Part shown: one piece after another, positions 1-31,300 of the stretch
How the letters are laid out: every line of letters starts with the position of its first letter
How positions within the stretch are numbered: the first letter of the stretch is position 1
Assembly: GCA_033442325.1 (NCBI GenBank)
Contig: JAWQFM010000011.1
Location: 393,131 to 457,130, forward strand
From: Salpingoeca rosetta
Taxonomy: Eukaryota; Protista; Choanoflagellata
Reading direction: 5' to 3'
DNA: 64,000 nt
Program-made: the position numbers and the translations under genes
The notes under the pieces: model-generated
Database searches by the model: none
Told to the model about the DNA's origin: nothing
Seen by the model: the letters and a program-made list of their open reading frames with translations, nothing else

Positions 1-2151
1 TCATCGTCATCATCGTCGTCGTCGACAGCAATCACATCGCCGTTGTCATCATACACGCGCGCATAGCTCACGGCAGCCACGCACGCGCGGCCATCATCGT
101 CCGCATACACGCCGCCAACGGCACATGCACGCACGTCCACGCGCACCGCGTCCTCCTCCTTTTCCTCTCGTTCGCGCCGGCTCTCAAACCACAACTTCTG
201 CGGGTTGAGTGCCTGGTAGATCTTGCTCTTGCCGACGGTGTCCTTGTCCTCTGCCTTGAACAGACGCGTGGCCTGCTTTCGCTGCTTCTCCTTCTGCTCC
301 AGCCTCGACTCGAGCTTGTTGATGTCCAGTCCACCTCCACTGCTGCCGACAGTCGCTGCTGTCACCGCCAGACGCGCGGCAATGCTCTTGGGAACGGCTT
401 TGCCAACACCAGTTCCTTCTGTCGCCGTCGCACTGCCAGTGGTGCTGCTGTGCTGGTCGCCGCGAGCAGCAGGCGCCTCCAGCACCAGCGCGTCGTCGCC
501 ATCGTCAGTGTTGTGGTCGTGGCCGTGAGCTGCTTGTGCGATGTGCTCAGCGCTCGCGTTGCCGTTGCTGTCGGGTGTGGTCGTGCTGGCATGTGTGGCG
601 GTGGCATGGGCTGTGGTGTCGGCAATGCTGCCGCTGCTTGGCGGTGCTGGTGCTGGGCCTGGATCAACCAGCGTAGTGGGTGTTGTGGCGCGCTTGTTGT
701 CGTACGCCTGCGTAAACTCGCCCTCTGCTGCCGTAGCTGCTGTTGCTGTTGGTGTTATCGTTGGTGCTGTGGCGGTGTTGGCATCATTGTTGTTGCTGCT
801 GCTACCATGGCTCTCGAGGATGGATGCGTGCTTCACACCACTTGGCTTGCGCACGCTGTCTTGCGGCTGCGAATAGGTTGAGCGGCGGCGGCGGTGGCGG
901 AACAGCGTCCCGCTCTTGTGCGATTCGTGCTCTTTTCCAACTATGTCACAGCGCGGCGGAGTGTGTTGTGTGTGAAGGGTGGGTGAGTGAGCGTGTGTGA
1001 AGGGTGGGTGAGTGAGTGTGCGTGAGTGAGAGTGTGAGTGAGTGAGTGTGGACGATGTTGCGTAAGTGGTGTGAGTGGCATGTGTGTGTGTGTAGTGTCA
1101 GTGACTGGGTGTATGTGTGTGTGTCTGTATGCATGCCTTTCACCCACCAATAGCAACCACCAGCGCGTTGTCGCAGTGCGTGCCACATATTAAAATCCCC
1201 CACTCCCGCCTCAGTACGCACCTTCACGTGAGGTTTGTGCAGGGGCAGATGTCTCGCCCTCCGTAGCGCCGCGCAGGTTGGAGATAATCAGCCGAAACAC
1301 ATAGTAGCTACCTGGCTGCAGCCCTGTCGTCGTCGTCGTCGTCGTCGTCGTTGTTGTTGTTGTTGTTGTTGTTGTTGGTATGTGGGGCACAGGTGAGTTG
1401 TGTGATTCGCGTGCATGCATGAGCGTGTGCACCTGAGCTTGCGCCAACGGGAGGGTTGCGTGTACCTGAGACGATCCCTGAGTTGACCTTGTCTGCATCC
1501 CTTGAAATGACGACTTGATGTCCGACGCCCTTCTTCAGGTTGAAGTGCTTCCACGCGACTGAAGATGCCAAAAAAAAAAAGAAAGAAAGAAAGGAAGTAC
1601 CATCAAGAGACACAGAGAAACGGGGTGTGTCACATATGTGTTGCGGGTGAGGGGGGGGGGCAAGGGTTCGCCATGCAACTTCCATGGCATTTGCCCGTCA
1701 GTAACATGGAAATAATACACAGACACAAGCAGACAAACACAGACAGACGCGGACGCGGACACAGTCACAGACACACGTATACACACGCACACAGACAAAC
1801 ACTCACTCACACACACACACACAGACAGGCACACATACACTCACACGCACACACACACACAGACACAGACACATGCGGACCTTTGGAAGTGGGCTTCTTG
1901 AGTGGCAAGGCCTGGATGACGAGGCGAGAAACGTTCTGACGCACAGGCATCCACCCAAGAAGAGCTGTGTCCTTTGTAACGCCCTCAACGCGAGGCGCGG
2001 GCGGAGCCAACGGCGGCTGATCGTCGGCGGGGAGGTTCTCCCTCACCTTGCTCAGGGCATCAGCGTTGTGCGAACCGCGTTGCGAGCCACTGTGCTTCTT
2101 GTTCTGCGCTGCCACATGCGAGTGTTGGCCACCAAGGCGAACGCGGAACAT
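1..2151 (-). CDS. Fibronectin type III domain protein with low-complexity/acidic C-terminal region (3' end runs off window)
   Basis: Exons 2151-1881, 1558-1466, 1323-1222 and 940-<1 join in phase via GT-AG introns. The product reads PLAPPAPRVEGVTKDTALLGW...GIVSGLQPGSYYVFRLIISNLRGATEGETS (FN3 signature), followed by an open frame (...LDINKLESRLEQKEKQRK...DDDD) to the window edge. Confidence 0.75.
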
Positions 2152-2200
2152 GTTGTTCGACTGCTTGTTGGGTGTGCGAGCGTGTGTGCGAGCGTGTGCG

Positions 2201-2318
<118 letters not shown>

Positions 2319-2697
2319 TCGTTGGTTCTTTCGCCCCTCGCTCGCTCACTTGATCTGTCGTCGTAGTGCACTGTTGTTTGAGAATGTGCGCCTTCCCTCG
2401 ATTATCTCTGTCTGCTGTGGTGGGCAGCTGCGTTGGCTGGTTGTGGTCGTCAATGCAGCAGAGCAAAGCAGAGCAAAGAAGAGCAGGGCGGTCAGCCGGC
2501 GCGTTTTGCTTCTTGGCTGTCCTGTGTAGTCTCATTTCATCGTCATCGTCATCGTGCTTGGCGTGTCAACGGAGCACCGTTGTGTCAGCGAAGCCATTGT
2601 AGAAAATTAGCCCATGTTATCATTAGATATTTTCATACTGTCGTGGACAGGGCGTGAATCAAGACTGTGCTCGCCGACTCCTCACAGCATCATCATC

Positions 2698-13751
<11,054 letters not shown>

Positions 13752-13974
13752 CGTGCGCACACCCAGCTCCCTAGTAGCTTCCTTTTCTTCTTTTATCTCA
13801 CTCATACCCCTGCTGGCAAGCTGCCCTGCTCGCTCGCTCAAGTCTTGCATGCTCACTTGAATCGTCGCCCAACAGAACACACAGACAGTAAACGCACCTT
13901 CATCTCTGTCTCCACCTCCACCTCCTTTTACCACATCAGCAGCAAAGCGCATTCCCCTCTCTGATGTGTTGACG

Positions 13975-15558
13975 ATGATGATGAGGTGGGCGATTGGTGT
14001 GGCTGCAGTGGCAGTGCTTGCGTGCGTGGCCGTGGGCCACAGCAGCGAGGGCTCCTTTGAGGAGATGGGGTCGTGCCCTGCTGAGGGCTGCACTGCCACG
14101 GTTCGTCGCTCGCGCGTGCCGTGCATGCTGGACGATGAGGTGTGTCTTGGGTCTGTGCCGAAGAAAGGCGTGGTGAAGCCGCGCAAGGCGCTGTCATCAC
14201 AGTCCTTCTACCGCGAGCGTGCGCAGCGGCACTTCCAGCAGGCGCTGCAGTGGCTCCACGAGCACCAGTTCTCGTGCGACTGCTCCAAGTCCACCATCTT
14301 CGCCCTGGAGCATCCCTACGGCGATGGAGACGGCTACGCCACGCGCCTCGGCCGGCTCGCCACGCGCATTGTGCCGCGGCTGCTGGAGGGCGAGGTGTTT
14401 GTCGTGTCCGGCGGCTTCCGCGGGTACACGGACACGGAGCTGTGCGGCGACCGCGGCCTCGAGTGCGTGTACCGGCCAACCTCGTCGTGCTTGCCGAAGG
14501 GAGCCCAGCGCACGGACGTGCCGTGCAACTCCATGTCGTCGCGCAGCGCAGGCAAGCCCCCAAAGCACCTGCTGAAGCACGGCCACGCGTGGTGGTTCGG
14601 TGTCCTTCTCTACTTCATGCAGCGGCCCAATCAGGACCTCGTCTCCTTTGTGCAGGAACACGTGAAGCCGCTGCCCTACATCCCTCTGCTTCAGCCGCAC
14701 CACGGCGCCATCACCCCCGAGGACGAGCGGGCGTCGTGCTACATTGGCGTGCAGATCCGCAAAGGCGACAAGAACGAGGCACGCCCATTCAAGGACAAGC
14801 ACTACACGGAGCAAGCCGACTTTATGGCCAGCGAGCTGCTTGGGCACGGGCTCATGACACCATGGCGTGACCCGTTGGCGAGCGCTGCTGAGGCGGACGG
14901 CAGCAGCGAGCAAGGCAGCGCGCAGTCGGAGACGGCGGACGGTGGTGATAAGGGCAGCGAATATGGCAAGGACAAGGACAAGGACAAGGACAAGGACAGT
15001 GATGGCAGCAAGCAGAAGGAGACGCAGGAGCAAGAACATGAGAAGAAGGCAGCGGAGCAGGCAGCGGAGAAGGCGGAGGAGGAGGAAGAGGAGGAGAAGG
15101 AAAAGGTGCTGGCGTTCCTGGCCACGGACGACAAGAAGACAGCCAAGCGTATCCGCAAGAAGGCGGTCAAGGGGTGGGACCACTTGCGCTTTGTCATGCT
15201 GAACAACAGCGACACGCGCGGTGTTGGGCGGCCAGGCCAGTCTGTCGCCAACTACCTCCTCCGCAAGTACGCAGGTGCGGAGAAGCAGTACCGCATGACG
15301 ATGGAGATTGCAGCAGACACTCTCATCCTGTCCAACGCGTGCGGTCTTGTGGGGCTTGCCTCGTCCAAGATCACGCTGGTCGCCGCAAGTGCCGCCACAG
15401 CCTCTGGTCGGCTACTCACCATGCCTGTTGCTGTGGACGCTGCCAACGAATACCGTGTGCGCCCCGTGAAGCAGCCGTCGTCGAGCGAGCGCGTGGCTCA
15501 CTCGCTATGGAACGCGCCCTACCCTCCTTTCCTTGACTCGTGCTGTGGGCCCATGTGA
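13975..15558 (+). CDS. Alpha-1,6-fucosyltransferase-like glycosyltransferase (GT23, FUT8/NodZ superfamily), single exon
   Basis: N-terminal hydrophobic anchor. HQFSCDCSKS...GDGYATRL resembles FUT8 LQNPKDCSKA...GCGYGCQL. Motif I is YIGVQIRKGDK, motif II is AFLATDD, motif III is DTLILSNACGLVGLASSKIT. Confidence 0.8.
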   Translation: MMMRWAIGVAAVAVLACVAVGHSSEGSFEEMGSCPAEGCTATVRRSRVPCMLDDEVCLGSVPKKGVVKPRKALSSQSFYRERAQRHFQQALQWLHEHQFSCDCSKSTIFALEHPYGDGDGYATRLGRLATRIVPRLLEGEVFVVSGGFRGYTDTELCGDRGLECVYRPTSSCLPKGAQRTDVPCNSMSSRSAGKPPKHLLKHGHAWWFGVLLYFMQRPNQDLVSFVQEHVKPLPYIPLLQPHHGAITPEDERASCYIGVQIRKGDKNEARPFKDKHYTEQADFMASELLGHGLMTPWRDPLASAAEADGSSEQGSAQSETADGGDKGSEYGKDKDKDKDKDSDGSKQKETQEQEHEKKAAEQAAEKAEEEEEEEKEKVLAFLATDDKKTAKRIRKKAVKGWDHLRFVMLNNSDTRGVGRPGQSVANYLLRKYAGAEKQYRMTMEIAADTLILSNACGLVGLASSKITLVAASAATASGRLLTMPVAVDAANEYRVRPVKQPSSSERVAHSLWNAPYPPFLDSCCGPM

Positions 15559-15721
15559 TGATGTTGTTGCTTGTGCTGGACGTGTTGTTGCTTGTGCGTG
15601 TGCTTCTCTGTCTGTCTGTCTGTCTGTCCCTCCTTCTCTCCCTCTCTCTGTGTGCTTGCTGTTGGTGGGTCATCTCAGTTACATTTCCATCCACACAGTG
15701 AACAACAACAACAGTGCATGC

Positions 15722-16367
15722 ATGATGACAACCTCTGCTGCCGTGCTGAGCGCGTTGCGGGCGAGACTGGCAACCGCAGGCCTGGATCTGTTCAAAGTGA
15801 GCACACGCAAAGCAGGATGGAGAGGGGTTAGGGGTTGACGGTGCACACGGAGAGTGTGGCGCGTTGGGGGAGGCAGGGCGTGCGAGGGCGTGCAGTGCCA
15901 GGATGCAAATGTGTGCGTTGCAGTGATGTGATGACATGCTCACGCCGAGTTACACACCGCCAGCCCTTCAACACCAGGTGGTATGATGCTGCAGTGGCTG
16001 AGCACATCCGACTGCCAGTCGCGTGCGGAGCGCACGATGGCAGTGGCTTTGACTGGACGGACTCACAAGGACAGGAGCTGAAGGACAAGGAGGGCAGCAA
16101 GGAGGAAGGACAGCTGGCAGTGCTCATTGGTAACACACGGGCGATATGGAGCCCGTTTATCTCCGCCCTGGCTCAGTCACCACACCCGATACCAGCGAAC
16201 CCCATCAACACCTACGTCACACGTGCTGTGCGAGAAGCTGTGGCGTCCTGTGTTCCTTCCAGCCTCCACCCAGTGCTCCGCTTCTCCTATGACTTGACAC
16301 CAGGTCAGTGTATATGTTTGCTTGTGTGTGTGTGTATGTTTGCTTGTGTGTGTGTGTGTGTGTGTGC

Positions 16368-16440
<73 letters not shown>

Positions 16441-17185
16441 TGCGTGTGTTTGTGTGTGTGTGTGTGTGTATAAGCAGTGATTCGCACTGACATGATAGCC
16501 AGCGCGCTGTGCCTATGATGATGTTGTGACGCGACGGTGGAACGTCAGGGCGCGTGCTGTCATTCCAAAGGCTCGCGCATGAGAGCGGCCTTGCCTACTT
16601 GCACCCGGCGTGTCACTTGTGTGTGCACCCGGAGTATGGCCCATGGATCAGCTTACGTGTTGTTGTTGTCTTGGATGCACCGCCGCTTCAAGGGCAACAC
16701 GACAAAGAGGTGTGCGTGTGTTGTGTATGTGCGTGTGTTGTGTATGTGCGTGTGTTGTATATGTGTGTGTATGTGTGTATGTGTGTATGTGTGTATGTGC
16801 GTGTGTGTCGGCGCCTACACGTTGTTAGCCACCTCATGACCACGTCATGCACTGTCCCACCGCGCTCACAGGCGCCCATGAACCCGTGCTCCAGCGCTGA
16901 GGAGACAGCCATGACCGAGGCCAAGGCAGTTGCGCTCGCAGCATCAGAACGACACGACGGTGCGTCCACCTTGCACCTGAGCCCACCACTGACCGGCAAC
17001 ATACCCACATGCACGCCTGACAGCATCGCAACTCACTCTCCGATATTCGCTCCTGATACTGTCCTGACATATAATGGTGGTGGTGTTTGCTACATGGCAG
17101 CCGAAGCGTGGAAGCTGTGGCTGGCAATGCGCGATGCGTGTACAGTCGGCGCGCAGCACCGTTACACCGAACCCCAGGTGCGCGC

Positions 17186-17217
<32 letters not shown>

Positions 17218-17281
17218 TGTGTGTATGTGTGCGTGCGTGTGTGTGCGCGCTGCGTGTGTGTGTGAGGCTGTGTGTGTGAGG

Positions 17282-17321
<40 letters not shown>

Positions 17322-17541
17322 CTGTGTGAGGCTGGGTTGCACTTGACATGAACTCCAGCATTTGATGAGATTGCCTACTTCCTTCCTCACACCACCCCTC
17401 TCCCACCAAACCCGGGACACCGCACACTTGCAGGTTGCGTATCACTACACGCATGATCTTGGCATTATTGAGAGCGAGATGCAGCGCCTGAGGGATGATG
17501 GCCAGACAGAGCAAGTGGCAGGAACATCCCAATTGCTCTGA
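15722..17541 (+). CDS. MMACHC: Cobalamin-processing enzyme MMACHC/CblC homolog
   Basis: Spliced product reads AGLDLFK|PFNTRWYD...LAVLIGNTRAIW...NPINTY...FSYDLTPG|..FQRLAHESGLAY...CVHPEYGPWISLRVVVVLD...W..W.AMRDA...HRYTEPQ|VAYHYT. This matches the CblC HPxxGxW-R and RDA...RY...Q motifs. Confidence 0.8.
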
Positions 17542-17861
17542 GCTGACGAGTGATGAGAGCATGAACTTGCAAGCCACCTACATAGCAGTTAGCTCCCCCA
17601 TATGTGTGTGTGTGTGTGTGTACACAAATTATGCGCGTCGAACGTGACAGAAGCCATATGGTTTCCGCACCCTCTTCTCCATTTGGTTGTCTTGCTGTTT
17701 GTTGGCACTGTATTGGAGTGGGAGTTGACAAGGCACACACAGACACACACAGACACACGCACACACAGACACACACGCACATACACACGCAGGCATGAAC
17801 AAGTAGACACACATTCACACGAGTCATGCGAATCAGGGTGCAAGCAACGAAGTTGCCTGGT

Positions 17862-22203
<4,342 letters not shown>

Positions 22204-22427
22204 CCTTGTCCTTTGCTTTGAGCGTGGTTCCCACTGCAAGCCAAGCCTCTCTGAGTGTGGTGCGTGGTGGTGAGTGAGGAAAGTGCTACATTGGCTTGCA
22301 CCACTCCTTCTTTCCTCTCGTTTCTTGGAGGTGTTTTGGTGTTGCGTGGACCTGAAGGCAAATTTGCCTTTGACGGGGTTCTCCAAAGTCAATTTTGCTG
22401 TTTGTTGTTTGTTTGGTGGTGGTCAGG
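22204..22427. promoter_or_regulatory. Short divergent intergenic region (putative bidirectional promoter) between PAP and DENND6
   Basis: Head-to-head start codons at 22203 (-) and 22428 (+) are ~224 bp apart. No specific motif was identified. Confidence 0.45.
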
Positions 22428-27617
<5,190 letters not shown>

Positions 27618-28372
27618 AACGCATCATGCTCCACAATCAAACTTGCCCAATCACTCCTCCAAGAACAACTTTGCTGATCCCATCGGCTTGCGCGTGAAGC
27701 AGTGTATGCTTGTTTGTCGCAGTACTGTTTGGGGCAGGGGGAAAAGAGCGAAATAAAAGGCGAAAAAGATCAACAGCAAAGAGAGGGAAAAGAGGGGAGA
27801 GGGGAAGGAAGAGAGACGGGGGGAGGGAAAAGGAACAGAAGCGTTGATTTTTGGTTTCATGAAACAATCAAACGGGTGGAATGGCATGTTGTGACATCAA
27901 AGCAAATCAAATGGAGAAACAACCAGCGTGCTCCGCAACGTATCAGAAACACGGAAAAACACAACCACAAACGAAACACGGATTGGGCATGTTCAGGCGT
28001 ACTCACGACATTGGCATGATGTGATGTGATTCACACGAACAGCACACTACAGGTTGGGCGGCTAACAAAAGACGGGGGTGCGTTGTCCAGGCGGGCAGGA
28101 AGGTGGAGTTGAATGCAGGCATGCGACGAGCAAACCACACTCGCCGTTTCGCTGCAAAGCACAAGACCATCCATCACCACAACGAGGACATGCACAACCA
28201 CACGCTGGTCACACAACACAGCACATCAAACAACCACAAAACAATACAGTCAACGGCTACAATGACACGGCACGGCGCGGCGCGACACGAAGAACACGCG
28301 ACAGCACTGACGCCAACAACGAAGAAAATGAGACGTGCACCAAAGACACACAACGCACGTCGTTTTCGCTGT

Positions 28373-31300
28373 TTAGGCGCTCGAGTGAAGGGCGGCCTGG
28401 GCGTCAGTGGTGTTGGTGTAGAGCTCGCCGTCGTCCATGGCGGCCACCTGCTCGACAGCAGCACGCTCCTTCTCCTTGATGGGAACGGCGGGCGCGGCGG
28501 CGTCGTGTGGGATGGCGCTGCCCGGGGCGTACGCGTACTGGCCGGTGGAGGCGTTCTGCGACATGGCGTACATGGGGTTGGACAGGGATGACGCGGAGAG
28601 CACAAACGGGACGTCCGCGCGAGGCTCAGAGTAGTGGTACACGAGCGAGGGGATGTCCTGGAAGGCGGGCTGCGGCGCGTTGGAGGCCGGGAGCAGCTCG
28701 TACATGCCGTCGTCGCCGCGCTTGATCTTCTCGTGCACAACGGCAGACTCCGTGCGCACGCCAATCATGTGCCAGCCGGGGGTGGCCTTGGAGTCGCGGA
28801 CAATGAATGAGCCGGCGGGGGCGTCGGTGAGCGAGTCGGTGCACTCCTGGCGCGTCATGTCGGGCTGGTACCACTCGTAGAGCGGGTTGGAGGCGCCGGG
28901 GACAAAGGCAACCGTCTGGCGGCCGTCGGCCTGCGCGTACACGGGCTCCTGAGGAGAGCGGTACGTGGGGTTGGACATGTACGTCTTGCTGCCCTCCTCG
29001 GCGGCGAGGAAGAGGCGGCCGGGGTCGTTGCGGCGGCGCATGGCCAGGATAACCACAACAGCAACGAGGGCAATGAGGCAGATGGCACCGACAACAACGC
29101 CGACAATGAGGCCGACGCTGGCGCCAGAGTTGCTGGCGTCGGTGCGGGAGAGGTCGACGTTGCCGCCGTTGGGGCCGTTGCCGTTCTCGTCCGTGGTGGT
29201 GTCTGCCGAGTTGGAGGTGCTTGGCGCCTGGGTGGTGGTCGTGGTCGTGTCAAAGCGCGTGTCAAAGCCGGCGTCGGCGCTGTTCACGCACGTGGCGCCC
29301 TCGCAGCAGTCGTAGCTGCCAAAGCGGTCGACGCACGTCTCCGTGGCGGCGCACTGGTTGCTGCGGCAGTCGTCAAAGACGGTGATGGTGAACTCAACCG
29401 AGGTTGAGCCAATGCCGCTGGTGCCGACGAGGCGCATGTGGTAGGTGCCCAAGGGCAGGCCCGCGGTGGATGGGGTCTGGCGCACAAACACAGACTGGGT
29501 GCTGGCGCGGTAGCCAAAGACCTGGAGCAGGAGGCTCTCGCGCGTGAGGCTGCCGGCGGAAACCTCGAGCTGCACATCAACGCCCGTGCCGTCCTCGTCA
29601 GTGGCGTCGACGGAGAAGACGGTCTGGCCAACGCGAATGTCGCTGTTCACCTCCTGCATGACAGAGTCGATGGAGATGACGGGGGCGTCATCGACGTTAC
29701 GAACACCGACAACCACGGCAAAGGTGGGGAGCGGCGTCTCCTGCGTGTCAACCTCAAAGGTGAGCTCGTGGGCCTGGGCAACCTCAAAGTTGAGGGCGCC
29801 GTTGACCACAATCTTGTCGCCGTCCAGGCGGAAGGCGCCGTTGGCGTCGTCGACGAGGGTGATGGTGTATGGCACACCGGCATGGTCGTTGCCCTCGAGG
29901 GACACGGTAGCCACCTGGGTGTTGACAGAGGCGTTTTCGGAGACAGTGATAAAGTCAGGGGCAGTGACGAGGCGCAGCGGAGCGTCCGTCACCTCGACGG
30001 TGGCCTCAACGACAGAGCTGACGGGCGTGTCGGCGTTGTCGGTGACGCGGAGGCTGAGGGTGAAGGAGCGCTTGGACTCGTCCTCGTAGTCGAGGGCAGA
30101 CGGGTCCTTGACGCGCACCTCGGCGCCGTAGGCATCGGCGTCGTTGGCGCGGCGGCGGCGGCTGGAGCCAGCGCTGGCCATGAGCGGCACAAGCTCAAAG
30201 ACGTCCGTGTTGGTGAGGAGCTCAAAGTTGTAGGCGACGCCCATGGTGGTGGTGTCTGGGTCGACGGGGAGGAGGGTGCCGACGAGGACACCGGCGTCGA
30301 CGTCCTCGGGGATGGTGTTGACACCGTCGGCCCACTGGATGGCGGACACGGGCTCGTTGACGTTGGCGACGGGGATGGTGAGGCGGGCGCTGCCGACGCG
30401 GCCGTTGCTGTCGGCCTCAATGGTGAACGTCTCCTCCTCGGCCGTCTCAAAGTCGAGAGCCTCGGCGAGGACAAGGTCCACGACGCAGCGGACGGAGCCG
30501 TCCTGCTGGGCCTCGCAGTCGGGGGCGTTGGGGACGGCAAACTTGCCGCGGACAATGGAAAAGTCAAACGCGCTGTCGCCACCGTCGACGTCGACGGCAA
30601 CCACGCGGGCCACAACGTCGCCAACCTGGGCGTCCTCGGGAACGGAGACGTCGGTGCCCTCAAAGGCAAAGTCGGACGGACCGTCGTCGACGTTGGTGAC
30701 GTGGATGACAAAGGTGACGGGGTCCGAGGCGAGCGTCGGGGTGCCGTCGTCGACGCACACGACGGTGATCATGTGCTCGTTGTCCTCCTCGTAGTCGAGC
30801 TGGTCAATGAGGACGAGGTTGTTGCCGGAGATCTCAAAGTGGCCGTTGTCCGTGCTGGCGAGGGAGCAGAGCACCGTCTGGTCCGCATCGTCGTCCTGCT
30901 TCTCAATGGTGCCGACAATGGAGTCGAGCGGCGCAGACTCCTCGATCATAAAGTTGCCCTGCTCAGAGCCGGGGATGTTGAGGCGCACGTTGTAGGGCTT
31001 CTCGTTGACGTCGACAATGCTGACGGTGAGGGTGTCGGTGAAGGTGAGGCCGTCCTGGTCGGTGGTGGTGACCTCGACCTCGTACTCCGTGGGGCCAGCC
31101 TCAAAGTCAAAGGAGGAGCCGGGGGCGGTGACGAGCTTGTCGCCGTCAATGGCAAAGACGGAGGAGGAGGTGGAGTAAGTGAACGACTGTGTGCCGTCAA
31201 CGTCATCCGGGTCCTGGGTGGAGAGGGTGCCGACGACGGTGCCGGGGGCGCTGTTCTCCTCGAGCGAGTCAGAGTCGATGGCGACGCCGTTGGGTGCCTC

